Assembly: GCA_022605425.2 (NCBI GenBank)
Contig: JAKIMF020000004.1
Coordinates: 1,054,001-1,118,000 of the forward strand
DNA from: Hamiltosporidium tvaerminnensis FI-OER-3-3
Taxonomy: Eukaryota; Fungi; Microsporidia
Direction of reading: 5' to 3'
Length of the DNA stretch: 64,000 nucleotides
Positions 14,200-26,889 of this stretch are shown piece by piece. The notes below the pieces were generated by a model, which worked only from the letters and a program-made list of their open reading frames with translations, did no database searches and was not told where the DNA came from. The position numbers and the translations under genes are program-made. Each line of letters begins with the position of its first letter. The stretch's first letter is position 1.

Positions 14200-17100
14200 A
14201 CCTCGAAATAGCTGAAGAATTTGGAAATACAATAATGAGAATTTCGGCTATCTTGTAACTCTCTATATATTTAAAAATTTTGCATAACATCCAGGAAACA
14301 AAAGACTTAAGGCTTAAGAAAAATAGAAAGAGATGTAAAATTGGAACTTTTCTTAAAAAACCGTGGTCCTTAAATAAACTTAAGAGCCTATATATGAGCT
14401 TAAATTATTTACATAAAATAAGGATCAGCGAAAAGAGTATATTAAAACAAGCGATCCGGTGTCGAAACATACAGCCAAATTGCTTAATATAAAAGCCATT
14501 GGCCTTATATATCAATAAGAAAGTCCATATAAAGACTATTTTGTAATTTAATTAATTTTAAACGTTGCGTATAGCATAAATTCGCAGATATGCTGCAGAG
14601 ATGAAATACACAAGGAAAACCAAAATTTTCTGGAAGGAAACATAATGGTTTGAATCTGCATGTATAAACTTTACAGAGATATTTCCGAAAATACAGTAGG
14701 ATAGCAAGCTCTCTTCTTGAGAAACTAAACACTTTAAGAAAATTAAGGCAAGTAATGTATACATCTAGGCCTTATAGATAATGTTTCCGAGGTTTTAATT
14801 AAAAAAAATAATTCTTTACATTATCAGATATATTCTTACTATTTATAAAAAATGAGAATCATTTAAAGCAGAGAATCGTATGTTTGACCTTTTCTGGGGT
14901 TCTTTTAATCTTCGGACTCCGTGTGTTTCAAAATCGAGCTTATACTAAAAGTAATCAACAGTTAAATTATAGTCAACTTGTCTAAAAAAGCCAAAATACA
15001 GTCACATATGATAAATACTTGATACTCTTTCTATAAGATACTTCACGGGCTTCATTCATATTAGATAATTAGTTTATATATATTTTGTAGCTTTCTAAAT
15101 GACAAATCGTATGGACTGTGCGCTATTTACCGTTTTATTATTAAGAAACTTATTTATTTTCACACAAAATTTTATGATATGATAAGATTATTTGTCTCGT
15201 ACAAAAATTCCGAACATTTGGTTTCGCTACAACCCAAGGTGTTGATTCAAACAAAAAATACCTAAAAGAGGCTATGGTAAGTAATCAATCATTTTTTATA
15301 TTTTTAAATTGACGTCAAGTTTTAGCTAGAGCTGATACATTATGGAGGAGATGAACGGTATTAGCCAATACTAATCAGAGATGATTTTTTGGACAATAAT
15401 TAACAACAGGACAGCTATTGTCACATGTTTGCCGAATAAAATAAAAATATAAATATTAAAGCGACATTGTTAAACCATAAACCTCCTATAACTTATATGG
15501 AACATTTTATTTTGACTCTCTTAACAGAAACATTTTCTCAGGTTTTTTTCCTCGAAAACTATCCTGGTAACTTTTGCCAGATGAGAAACTGATCTAGAGG
15601 ATAGCTCCAAAACTACAAATAAGACGATTTAGAAGAGAAGTTTTCAGTGATATGTTTAATTCTGTTCATATTTGTATTAATAATGAATATAAGGAGCCAA
15701 AAACTAAATAGAGAATACACAAAAGAGGCAATCAATACGGTTGCAGATGTTTGACTTCTAATCATCTATTTTCATTATCATTACATAAGCTCTTGAAATA
15801 GATAATTCCTTTACAAATGTATGAGAGATAGAGTAAAAGTCATTTCAAAGATTATTTGATTTGCATAAAGAGATAATAGTCAGCCACTAATAAGATGTAT
15901 GTAAAAATATAGTTATTCTTTAGAAGTGCAGATTTTTATAAATATAAATGAACAATAGAATATGGGAGAATCCATCCGACACGAAGCTTGTTTTAAGAAT
16001 CACAAAGTAAACCATTAGGAATATTGTACCTCAATCTGATTAGATAAAGAAGCAAAATGTATTTAAAGTATTAATCTTATGTCGAATAACACATATCATG
16101 ATATAAGATTTGAGGTAATAACATTTAAATTGGGGGGTTTCTTAATGCAATGAAGTAATGCGTGCAGTGTAAGGAAAAAATAAGATATTTCTGCAATCAA
16201 GATTCAATGAGAACCTAAAATTTTTTAAATCATAACTTGTAAAAGGCTATAGTAGTGTTGATTCGCAAGCCAAAACATGCTTTTGTTATACTTGCTTTGT
16301 ACGGAAAACATATAGAACTATCAACTCGAAACACAGTAATTCTAAATCTAAAGAATGCACATAGCCTTCATCTGCGTTACAAAAAGAAATTTTAAAAGTA
16401 ACATGGGCGTTGGAAGAGAATTTCAATAAAAAGAATACAAATGAAGCTCAACTTTAAGAATTATATAATGAAATAAAAGCGAGAATCTTTCCAGATTTAT
16501 ATTTTCATCGACGCTACAGTTTTTTAGAGCCTTGGCCGCTGTAACAACGTATGTTTACTATTCTTCCCGATGAGACGCCTTCGTTTTTTAGTTGCGAACG
16601 CCAAGCTTCTGTTTTTCTGCTGCGATATTCACATTTATATAATCAATAATCTATGGTTCCATGGGAGTTTGACTTTTAAATATGACCGAAGAAAAAGAAT
16701 ATCATTCCACGCGATTGAGCTATTTTCTACTTTTTGTAGGATAGAAATACATATTGTAGAACAGAAAGGCGTTATATACACTTTAACAAATCTTGTAGAT
16801 CGTAGAGTCTTAAACAGTTTAATGAGAGAAAATTTTAAATCAAAACCACGCTTTAAAGCTATAATTACTTGATCAAATGTCTACATTTATCTTTGAATAG
16901 TCACAAATTTATGTCTACAAAAAGAATTTTGAGTCACTTTGTTTAAAACTTCTTGAAGATGGATATGCCGAGATAAGAATAAAGCCAGAAAATAAAGTAA
17001 AGCTAAGATAAGAAAAAAAGAACCGATTATTGTGTGAATCAATAGAAATGTGATCACCCTATTTATGTAGGAGTTAATTCCAATTTTTTTTCAAATCGGG

Positions 17101-17430
17101 TAAACCGAAAAACTTTGGAAGTATGATCTATAAAGAAATAATCCAGGTTTATTTATAACAGCAGTGTAAAGCCGATCCTTTATATGATACTTGAAAAGGC
17201 ACAATGGCAAAAAAACACGAGAAGTACCTCAGATACTCTAAATATTCATGAATATAAAGACATATAAACAATCGATAGTACTCAAAAGAAATTCGAAACA
17301 ATATTTTTTGATCGACATGAAGACTTAAATTAGAAAAAACTTTTGAAAAGAGTAAGTGAAGAACGTCGATGGAGGTTTTTGATGGGATCGGAGTGCATGT
17401 AAAACAAATTACCTCTCAAAATGCACGTGA
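14200..17430 (+). pseudogene. Long, heavily decayed R4/Dong-like non-LTR retrotransposon (RT, Zn knuckle and REL endonuclease remnants)
   Basis: Motif remnants in the expected order across stops and frameshifts: FKAENRMF (~14860), IYRFIIKKL (~15125), FVLIMNIRSQKLN (~15670), SNHLF (~15757), STRNTVIL (~16321), FL*DRN (~16730), KCLHL..KRILSH..LLEDGYAEIR (~16875-16980), TEKLWKYDL (~17105). The 3' part is homologous to 28728-29200. The 5' boundary is uncertain; 15050-17430 is best supported. Confidence 0.65.
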
Positions 17431-18028
17431 TAGAACGAGAAAATTGTGTTAAATATTAAAAAAAATGCATTGACTCTATATTTTTCTTTAAAGAACTACA
17501 AAGATGAAATGAAAATAAATATTTAAATGCACTTTGTTCTAGAGAAGGAACATTTGGTAATTTAAAAGGTATAATAAAATATTTGAAAAGCTGTTAGGAT
17601 ATTTAAAACCTGAATACATACCTTATAAATGCCTATAAATTGTCTATTACCTTTTAATGTGTCTATTTAAAAGCTCTTTAAACCTTGATGCAAAGATTAT
17701 CTATTTTTTTAAAAACTTTTTTAATTTTCAAACCATCAAATACTAAACCGGCAAACATTTTTTTTGTTACAATTCAAATCAAAGCTTTTAATTAGGGATA
17801 ATTTTTTTTGATATACCATCGTTACTTTAAACATATTAAATATGTTTATAACAGCATTGAGTATAAAAATAGTTGGCTCGCAATTCGTGTATTTTTTTGG
17901 ATTTATTTATATATTCCAATTCTTTTTTATCTTTGGTGTTTGAGATCATCAAATAGAATTCCAACGTATTCTGCCGCTATTCAAAATCTTAGCAATGTTT
18001 TTTATACTATTTTTGAAATTTATTAACT

Positions 18029-18730
18029 GGTGGAAAGAAGATGACCCTAATAAAAATAATCTGCATGGTAAGGGTATGCGAAATTACTGTAAAAAGTATG
18101 TGACAATTTTCTCGTGAAAATAAAACTACACCGAGGTTGCAGTTGTGCTAAGGGTGTTTGCATGAAGAAGAGAGAGTCTATGAAATGGCAGTAATTTTTT
18201 TATGAATTCATTGTGTGGTTTTAATTACTAGATTATAAGTTTTGATTGAAATTGTGGTGATTTCCATGTAAAAGCATTGAAAATAGCTTTACTACTTCGG
18301 GTTAGAAGTCTTAGCCCTCAGTGGATATAAAAAAACCCCCTTTTAATGATCAAAGCCGTATAGCAGGTTAAACCTGTGTATACATAAATTTTATAGGCGG
18401 ACTTCATGTAAGTTTCCGGGATATATCTTAGCTGAATGTTTATGGGAATGGTAGTTTAGAAAAGTGCGAATTCTGCGAATATTTCGGGGAGCCTAGAGTG
18501 GGTTCCGACCTACGATCACATTCCATGCAACATACACCAACAAATAACAGAAAAATTTCTTGCCTCTAATTGGGTTCTAAATATCTTATGGAAAAGTCTT
18601 TTTGATGTAGGTATTGCAAGGGGTACGCACGGAGGTATTTAGGGGTGCAGTCATGTTTGATAAACATTTGAACTGCTGTAATTTATGAAAACAATATTAC
18701 GCGTGATCCAATTTCGACGTGATCTAATTT
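18029..18730 (+). mobile_element. SINE-like family A copy (diverged)
   Basis: Blocks ccatgtaaaagca, gggttagaagtcttagc, catgtaagtttc..gatatatcttagct, ggggagcctag, cgatcacattccatgcaa and gatgtaggtattgcaagggg occur in the same order as in 52558-53277 (reverse complement). Confidence 0.8.
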
Positions 18731-19235
18731 TGTTAAATAAAGTTATTTAGTTGATTAATTCTTATAAAATGAACAGAACATGAATTTTAATCATTAACCT
18801 TAAAATTTGCTGAACAATATTAAATTTACCGCAAATCATGGGTTAGAAAAAAATATAATCACTGATCTATTAAAATGCAAGAGAGAAATAAAATTGTAGT
18901 TCTCGAATTTTGTTTTAAAATATTTCTACTAATAAAAGCTTAAAACCCAAAAATATTCAAAATTCATTCCATAATGCAGGTTTCAAATTTGAATCCATAG
19001 AAAACTTATAACAAATTTAGTTTTATAACGCGTTTTTAAATTAACATTTGCGCCATAAAATGAAAAATAAAGTACACAACTTTTTTTGATTTGATATGCC
19101 GAGATTAATTAAAATCCATTGTCTTGAATGAAAAACTGTGCCAATTGAATAAAAATATGAAAAAATATAATTTAAAATTTATATAATTAAAGAAACGATT
19201 AAATTTACCCGAATTAACTTTACTATTATGCAGAA

Positions 19236-19934
19236 TTACAAACCCATTGTACTCGCACCATCATATTCTGAAAAAAATTCGAAACTTTCGGAAGATGAAG
19301 ATGAAGATGAAGATGAAGATGAAGATGAAGATGAAGATGAAGATGAAGATGAAGATGAAGATGAAGATGAAGTTGAAGATGAAGTTGAAGTTGAAGATGA
19401 AGAATCGCTATAATCAGAATCTTCCGATAACTGTTCATAGTTCAAGAAATTTGAATACTCTTGAGCACCTGAAAGACTGAAAAGATTATCCGCTGATATT
19501 TCGTTTCTGCCATTTACTTCAAGCACGGGGAAACGCTCGCTCGAGGATTGACTTTCCCGCAACTCTCGCTCCCCCAGAGAAGATTTAAATATTCTTACAC
19601 CCTCAGTTTCGACGGATTTGTCTTGTCTATCACCCATCGCTTTAGAATCATTAGATGAATCTAAAGATTCATATATATCCCATCCTGATACTGGATTCCT
19701 TCTTAGCATTATGTTCCCACTATCACAAACAAGAATATCTTTTTTCGTAAATTTCCTCGGTCTATCCAGGACAGAACCTAAATAGCTAGCTTCGCGGCTT
19801 GAAGTTTCATCGTGTTGATTTACTAGTTCGGGGTCTTTGGACGTACTAACACGGTTACAGGCACCTACAGAAGATTTAGAAACTTTTAAAAGACATAGAA
19901 ACGATATTATTTTATTTATTCGAAAAAAATTCAT
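19236..19934 (-). CDS. Putative secreted protein, family 2, with a poly-Ser tract
   Basis: 232-aa ORF with a signal-peptide-like N-terminus and CCC before the ATG (caacccATG). Motifs are shared with the 4.1-4.7 kb and 42.4-43.0 kb genes. Confidence 0.85.
   Translation of the reverse strand: MNFFRINKIISFLCLLKVSKSSVGACNRVSTSKDPELVNQHDETSSREASYLGSVLDRPRKFTKKDILVCDSGNIMLRRNPVSGWDIYESLDSSNDSKAMGDRQDKSVETEGVRIFKSSLGERELRESQSSSERFPVLEVNGRNEISADNLFSLSGAQEYSNFLNYEQLSEDSDYSDSSSSTSTSSSTSSSSSSSSSSSSSSSSSSSSSSSSSSSESFEFFSEYDGASTMGL
19291..19404. repeat. (GAAGAT)n hexamer microsatellite encoding poly-Ser on the minus strand
   Basis: 13 perfect GAAGAT units followed by mixed GAAGTT/GAAGAT units. Confidence 0.97.
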
Positions 19935-21871
19935 GGGTTGCCAATTTTTCGAAATGTATATAAAATAATTTATCCTGGTTTGTAATTATATTTACCAAGT
20001 TTTTTATCCGGGTTTGTAAATATATTTATCAAAGTATTTTATCATATATTTTCTAAAATAAATTCGAAACAATAAAAATAATTGATTAATTTTTTAATTT
20101 AAAAAAGTTTTTTTCAATAAAACTGAATAATTAACAATTATTGAAAAAATAATCTTTCATATATTTTGTTTAGAAAAAATTTTACATTGATATAATAATT
20201 GTTAATAACTTGAATATCCTAAGTAGATAAATCATAAAAACAATTGTTCAAAACATAAAGTATAGCTATGATTTTTTTCTAATTTTTTGGAACATTTACC
20301 CTCGCTCTTTAAATTAAAAATGTTTTTTTTGGAAGTTGGGCTTAAAGCACTCATATATTAAAATATTTAAATATTAAAAAATAAAAATTTTATATTTTTC
20401 ATGATATTTAAATTTTCACTTTAATCACAGATACATTAACGAAGTGTTTTTATGACGAAGATTAAACCTATCAAGATTTATTTTACTCAATTAGAGGATC
20501 TTATCCCATTTCCGAATATTTTTCCCAATATTAACGAACTTCTCTTCATGTCTATAAAAACCTGCCAAATAGGTTGAAAATATTAATATTATATTTTAAA
20601 TTCTTAGAAAAACTCATCTTCAATGGTTTGTAAGTAATCTCCTTTTTAAGTTATTGTAAATTTTTCAAAAACGCAATATTTTTTCTTCCGAAACATATTC
20701 TTTTCACCACCTTTTTTTCCTATATTAATTGATTTAGAAAGTATAAAAATATTTTATAGCTAATCTTTCCTACAATTGATGAAATATTTCGTAAATTAAT
20801 ATATCAAATATGTTTAAAACGTTGGAATTATAACTAATAGAGACCTTTAATATTTGAAGTTGATAAACGAAGCATTTTAAAGCTATGCGGACTAATACTA
20901 AATCAAAATTGAACGGGTTTTAAATAGTTCTAAAAAATCTTTAAAAGCATCTTAGCTGTTAAAATTTTAACTTATTTATATGGAGTGTAAAAATATTAGA
21001 AACTAAAACTGAAACATTAATTTTGATTTATTGACTGACTCAATATTCTAGTAACCCTATTATTTTTGATTCAGTTAAATTAAATGTATCAAACATTTTT
21101 ATACGTATCATTCGTTTTCGAATGAAAAATCAATTGTTTGAGATCTAAATAATTTGGCTAATTCTTAAATTCGCATTTTTTTAAAAGCATTTTAATCTTT
21201 TTTCATTTATTCTTTATGAATGATCATTGATAGATTCACATTTATTTGAAGCTTTTTATATCTAATTTTTGACCTCTGTGAGATATAGTCTTTTGAATTC
21301 CTGTATAAATAAAAGTGAGTCTAATTTTCGAATTACAAAATATTCTGGCGAAAAAACTCTATGGAAAATTTTCTATAAAAAACAGTCTGTTTTATTTGCA
21401 TTTAGTTTGAAGTTATGCGCGTTAAAACAATTTTCTTGAATGAAAAATACGAACTGTCAAGTTTTCCATTCAAATGTCTTAAATGGTTTTAAATTTGAGC
21501 TTAGGTGTCAGTTATTTTTTCTTGTAAACTATGGTAAAAGTTTTTGTATTTTTTAAAAAACTATGTTTCTAATTAAAGAAATCGACTTTTTCGTTTCCCA
21601 TATGCCAGAAATTTTCTCTTTTTGTCCATTAAAATATTCATCTTATCTATTTTTTTATTAAACCAATATTGTTTTTCTTTGATGCAAATACATTGATCTT
21701 ATATTGTGATTAATGGATTGCACAAGAATATGGATCAATTACAGCCACTTAATTTATAAGAAGTACTATTATACTAAAAATCACTCTGTAATAAAGTCAA
21801 TCAGAATTATATGAATATTTGAAACATAGATATTTTAGTGTTTTAATTTATCATGGCTTCGAATTTATTTC

Positions 21872-22597
21872 ATTTAAAAAATATCACAGCTTTGAAAAAC
21901 CAATAGCAAGTTGTATATTTTTTAGAGGACATTAACGCAGTTCTAGGGTTAGCCTTATTAAATCACCCCAAAACACCATCGATACTTCTGGAATACCTAT
22001 ATCTCGTAAACTTTCATCGAAAAAGTGTGTAGAAGCCAAAAAATGAGCGAGGCAGTTGCCTAAAGTTCGTTAATGTTTGTTGTGCTAACTGTGATTGTAG
22101 GTTGCACCCTACCCTAATCACCTCTGAGATCATGAAAAATTCTTACATACTCTATGTTTTCCTAATCCAATAAACTTCTAGCCAATATATATCTCGGCGA
22201 CTTATATTGAGTTCGCTTAGACAGTGCAATGTCATACCAACAGGTAAACTCGCTACTTGGCTCTTCTGGCTTCTAAAGTTCTATTTTTGTATCTCTAGAC
22301 GCCAATTTTCTAAGCTGAGTGAGCAAGGCTAGTTTTCTAATCATTTTGATGGCAATTACCTATAAATTCAGCTGCAGTCTCCGATCTGATTAAATAAAAA
22401 AATACAAAATAAATTTATAGAAAAAGTTCGCCAGTTCGTTGACTTCTACTCCTTATACAAATTATTTGGAACAATCGAAAATTTATTGTGGTTTTACCTC
22501 CCCCCTCCCCCAAAAAAAAATTCTAAAAATTTGTCTTCACACCAATTTTACATACTCATTGTCAAGCCAAACGTTTTTTTATTGGTTATCCTCTCCC
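21872..22597 (-). mobile_element. SINE-like family A copy
   Basis: gacattaacgcagttctagg, gttcgttaatgt, caataaacttctagc, cagtgcaatgtcataccaacagg, gagtgagcaaggctag and ggttatcctc are collinear with 35222-35952 and 52558-53277. Confidence 0.88.
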
Positions 22598-23204
22598 TAT
22601 TTATTGTTATATGCAAAATTATAGCGAGAATAAATTGATTGCAAAGCGTGGAATCAAAAAAAATTATCTTATCATACTGATGTTTATGCATTTGGAAGAT
22701 TATTAGAAATACAATCGGATTAAAGTTATTAAACTTAATTCTTAAATAAAAATTATAACATAAAAAGGTAAATACAAATATATTTACAATTGCTATTTTT
22801 GTCATTTAGAAGTGGCCAATTTTTTTTTAGAAATTGTTGTGAGACTTAATTTTGTAGGATTTAAACATATCAAAGTGTATCGATTCTTCCTCTGCACACT
22901 ATTATTGCTTGTATAATGTTTATAAACAAATCATGAGAGTCTTATTCTTAATCAGAATCATATTATTGGTGTCTTACATTTTTCGAACAATTAAACGTTT
23001 CAAAGTATGTCGCCGTAGGTATTTACTTGTTCAAATAAATGATTTCTAGTCTAATATTTACAAAATTCAAGCAGAGCTAAATCTGTAACATGGAAGTTTG
23101 AAATACATGGAAAAAGAAAATTTCTTATTCATCTGCATGCAGTTTCACAATTTTAACCCATAGTAAGTAATTAGAGTAATATTTTTATCGATAGTTATTG
23201 CACC

Positions 23205-23890
23205 TGGTTAGTCACTAATCTTTAAGATTCGAAATTTAGTTTAAAATTGATACGAAAATCATTTTTTGTCGTTTTTATGAGCTGAACACCTCACTATATT
23301 TTCGATTGATCTATGAGGAAATAAATAAAAGAGAAAAGAATCTGTAAACCGATGAAAATATTTCCGCGAACCTACTTTATATTTTTTAATATAACTAAAT
23401 CAGAAACCCGACTGAACTTGCAGGTTGGCTATAAAAAACAGAATTCCATAAATTGAACTTTGTTTAGAGTTTTAGGCCTAGGTAATACAAAAACAAACTC
23501 TTTATAAATCCATAAATTCTAGGTAGCGGGTTATACATATCGGTATGGGATTGGAACTTATAGGTAGACCCATGTAAGTTTCTGATAAGAATCTTAGCTA
23601 ATTTTATTGAGTCCGGAAAGTGTAGAATAGGTTAAAATTCTGCTTATCTTGGAGCCAACAGCAAGTCTCGACTAGCGATCAACCCCAAAAAAACGAACCC
23701 CAGGGAATTACAATCCTCATTAAATAAATGTTGAAATCTTTTTGAACTAATGCTGAAGTATAATGGTATCAAATAAAATAACTATAGAGTTTTAGGGAAT
23801 GAATGATCTATGATATATCCATGCCTGTTTTATGTCATTAAAACAACATAAGACATTTTCTTCTAGAAAAAAGACGTGGTTTTGAATAAA
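23205..23890 (+). mobile_element. SINE-like family A copy (very diverged)
   Basis: taggtagacccatgtaagtttctga...tcttagcta...ggaaagtgtaga and the 3' block atgtcattaaaacaa match the family. Confidence 0.7.
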
Positions 23891-24440
23891 TATTAGAAGT
23901 TTTTTTAAGAAAATACAGTCAGAATATAAGTAAAACCATTCTAAATTTATAGAGCATTCTGTCGTTTTTAAGATTCGATTTAAAGATTTCTCGATATTAA
24001 ATTGACAATAGCGAATTATTTTTTACAAATTGTGACTGATTGCTTGGATTTATCGATTAGTATATGTTAAAACCCCTCAATATTTCATACTCCGCTATAT
24101 TGGTCACTATATACTAGAACCCGGTGTATGTCTTTGTTTCATGAATATATTTTAATTATAGAAACAGATCTTTACGTGTCAAATTACTTTAGTTATCTTA
24201 CATTTTTATGCTTAGTTTTCGATATCCAACAAAAATGTAATATAATTAGGTAGAATAGGCTTCATTGCATAAGTTGTTGTATATTAATATTGATTGGGGC
24301 ATGAAGTTAAACACAATTGAAAAGATTATGATGACGTTATAATTTATAATAATTTGAAGCTAGTATTTGTGTTTGGAAAGATTTTTGTACGTCTATTTTC
24401 TTAGATTAGATATTTTAGTTCAAAAATCAATTTTTATTTA

Positions 24441-24664
24441 TTCATCCTCGGCACTACAGCCCTGCACAAGCCTTGGCCTTCTTAGGTAATACCATCCGGG
24501 TTTCTTTTCAGTTAGTCGTATACTTTTTTGGGTTTTTTAACAAGATGGTTTTAAAGGGTTGGTTGTTAACCCGACGCCTAACTCCCAACCTGGAGGACCA
24601 GTCTCTTTTAGTCACCTCTTATGACAAGCAGGAAGAGTTTAAGCCAATTCTGCTCTCGGCATGA
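24441..24664 (-). mobile_element. Family C bipartite non-autonomous RTE-derived element (5'-UTR part plus 3' tail)
   Basis: The minus strand has cctgcttgtcataagaggtgactaaaag and tcctccaggttgggagttaggc (like RTE 5' UTRs as I recall them) and ggccaagg...gggctgtagtgcc (RTE 3'-end-like). Homolog at 46385-46608. Confidence 0.8.
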
Positions 24665-24987
24665 TCGAGAATCAAAAACTATTTTTAGTAAATAATTTTC
24701 AGAATCAATATTTCAGATTAAATTTTTGAAAATTTAGAAAATTGAAAAAATACTAATATTTTTACTATTGGTAGATGAAAAAAATAAAAACTAACAAATA
24801 AAAATTTTGTATTTGTTTTTTTTAGTAAAAAAAGCAACAAATAAAATTATGCGTACATTTTCTTTCAATACTTATCAGAATAATTACAAATGTAAATAGA
24901 GATTTCGATAATATACCACTATCTTGAAATTTTATCAAGATAAAAAACAATTTATTTCTATAAATATAGAAAAAAATCCAAAAAAAT

Positions 24988-25716
24988 ATGAAATTATTAA
25001 ATAAGACGGCGCTTCGAATTTCTTTAACTATATTTGTTGCAATTGCTACTGTTTTTTTAATAATTGCTATTATTGGAAATAAAAAAGCGAATTCATTGAT
25101 AGAAGAATTTCCAAATGAATTCAAAAAGGATGTTAAATTATATGAATTTAAAGAGCTTTCATCTGCTCTTAGGACATCCAAAGTGGCGGCTTTTATTGCC
25201 ATAAGAAATTCGAATGAAGGCTTTTTTATGTTTGATTTCGAGTATTGTCCTGAAGTTCGAGATTATTTATTAAAAGCATTAGACACCAAAGACAAAGAAT
25301 TTTTTCTGAAAGGTAAGCGACCAAATGAAATATATAAATGTGAAAGTGTTGACTTTGAAATTTCTTCTAAAGCCATAGCCAATATCGGTTTTGTTGCAAA
25401 AATAGGCTTTTTGTTTAAAGGCAATCAAGCTGTCAAGACAATTAACGAAATATCGGGTTTCATTCATAAACGCATATCAAAAAACATAAAATGTGAATTC
25501 AAACTTGTTATTTTAAGTATACCGGATGAGGAAAACGTCAAAGCATATGAAGTTATATTTAATCAATCAGAAGAATTCGAATTTGGTTCTTCGAAATCAT
25601 TCAAGTTTGAACCAAACAAAGATATCAATGCTGACTCGTATGAATATGTTTCTTCACTTATTATAAAAGTAACCAAAGGAAAGTTTACAAATATGAAAAA
25701 GTATAGAATTAAGTAG
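24988..25716 (+). CDS. Type II membrane / signal-anchored protein, family 3 (paralog of 47813-48550)
   Basis: 242-aa ORF with an N-terminal TM segment (ISLTIFVAIATVFLIIAII). Shares AL..KV.AFI, LLK.LD.KDK, CE.VD, NI....GF and FG.SK.FKFE with the paralog. Confidence 0.88.
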   Translation: MKLLNKTALRISLTIFVAIATVFLIIAIIGNKKANSLIEEFPNEFKKDVKLYEFKELSSALRTSKVAAFIAIRNSNEGFFMFDFEYCPEVRDYLLKALDTKDKEFFLKGKRPNEIYKCESVDFEISSKAIANIGFVAKIGFLFKGNQAVKTINEISGFIHKRISKNIKCEFKLVILSIPDEENVKAYEVIFNQSEEFEFGSSKSFKFEPNKDINADSYEYVSSLIIKVTKGKFTNMKKYRIK

Positions 25717-26889
25717 ATCTTCTTTGCAATAAACCGCTTTCCGGGTTTTGTATGAGTATTAACCGTGTATTAAAGTACCGTTTTTGTAATTTATTTTAAT
25801 ATAAAACATTTTCTATTTTTTCATATTGAATAAAAATTCCTTCAACTAATTATTTTAGTTTATATATTCAGAATAATTTTATTCAATCATTATGACTTCA
25901 TTCTTTAACATGTTTTTTTAATATAAACACAGATATTCTGCAAAAAATCTCGATGCAAAAAACTCATCTTCAAATACACATAATCAAATTTTTTTTATAT
26001 GGAATCAAACAATTTAAATTCATAGATCTAAGAGCGATATTTTCTTTATTATAGCTCCATTTAAGGTGATATTTGCTAAATATTCGGCCTTTTTAACTTA
26101 AAATTTTTTTTGCATAGAATTAAAACATTTTCTTAAGCTATATTCCAATTCAAGAAAATTATTTAATATTTCATAACTATCTTTATTTTAAACATTTTAT
26201 CAATATTTGAAATTAATGCCACAATTAATAACTGTATTATTTGTGAAAAAATGGTCTATATTATGAATAATTGGTATTTTCTTATGATTTAATAAACTTT
26301 TGTAAAAAAAAACAATTAGGTGACTATTTTAGAAACCACAATAAGAGATCTTAAAAATATATTTTTCTTTAGATGAATTTTGAGAGTCAAACCTAATTTT
26401 AGGTGTGTATGAGTTGAAAAATCTCTTAAAATAAAATAGAGAAACAGGTTTGAAAAAATAATATGAATGTAGCAAAATGTTGGATAATTAATGTGGTGCA
26501 TATATTTCGGATCGAAAATTAGATAAATGGCATATTAGAACTGGAAATAACGATTATAATATTTTGATTCATATATTTTTGCCCAGACAAATATTAAGAC
26601 AAGTACTCAAAATATGCAATCATATTTGTGCGTAATTTTGATAAATTTTTGTTTTAATAGATCCGGACCTGTGTATGAATATTTGAAGTTTTTATCCCAA
26701 AAACAATGTTGTAGGTATAGTATAGACAACTAGTTCCGAATAAAACTTAAAAATATCATTTAAATTTTAATCATAAGCTAAATAAAAAGGATTTTGAATG
26801 AATAATTTAATATAACTTGAAGTTTATTCCAATTTGTATAATAAAAAAACAAGTTAGGATTATGTCCTAGTTCAATTATAATTTTATAT

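Noticed and set aside
19226-19480. ORFs with poly-ED, poly-MK and poly-HL
   Set aside because: They are alternative-frame read-outs of the GAAGAT microsatellite; only the minus-strand poly-Ser frame belongs to a gene with paralogs.
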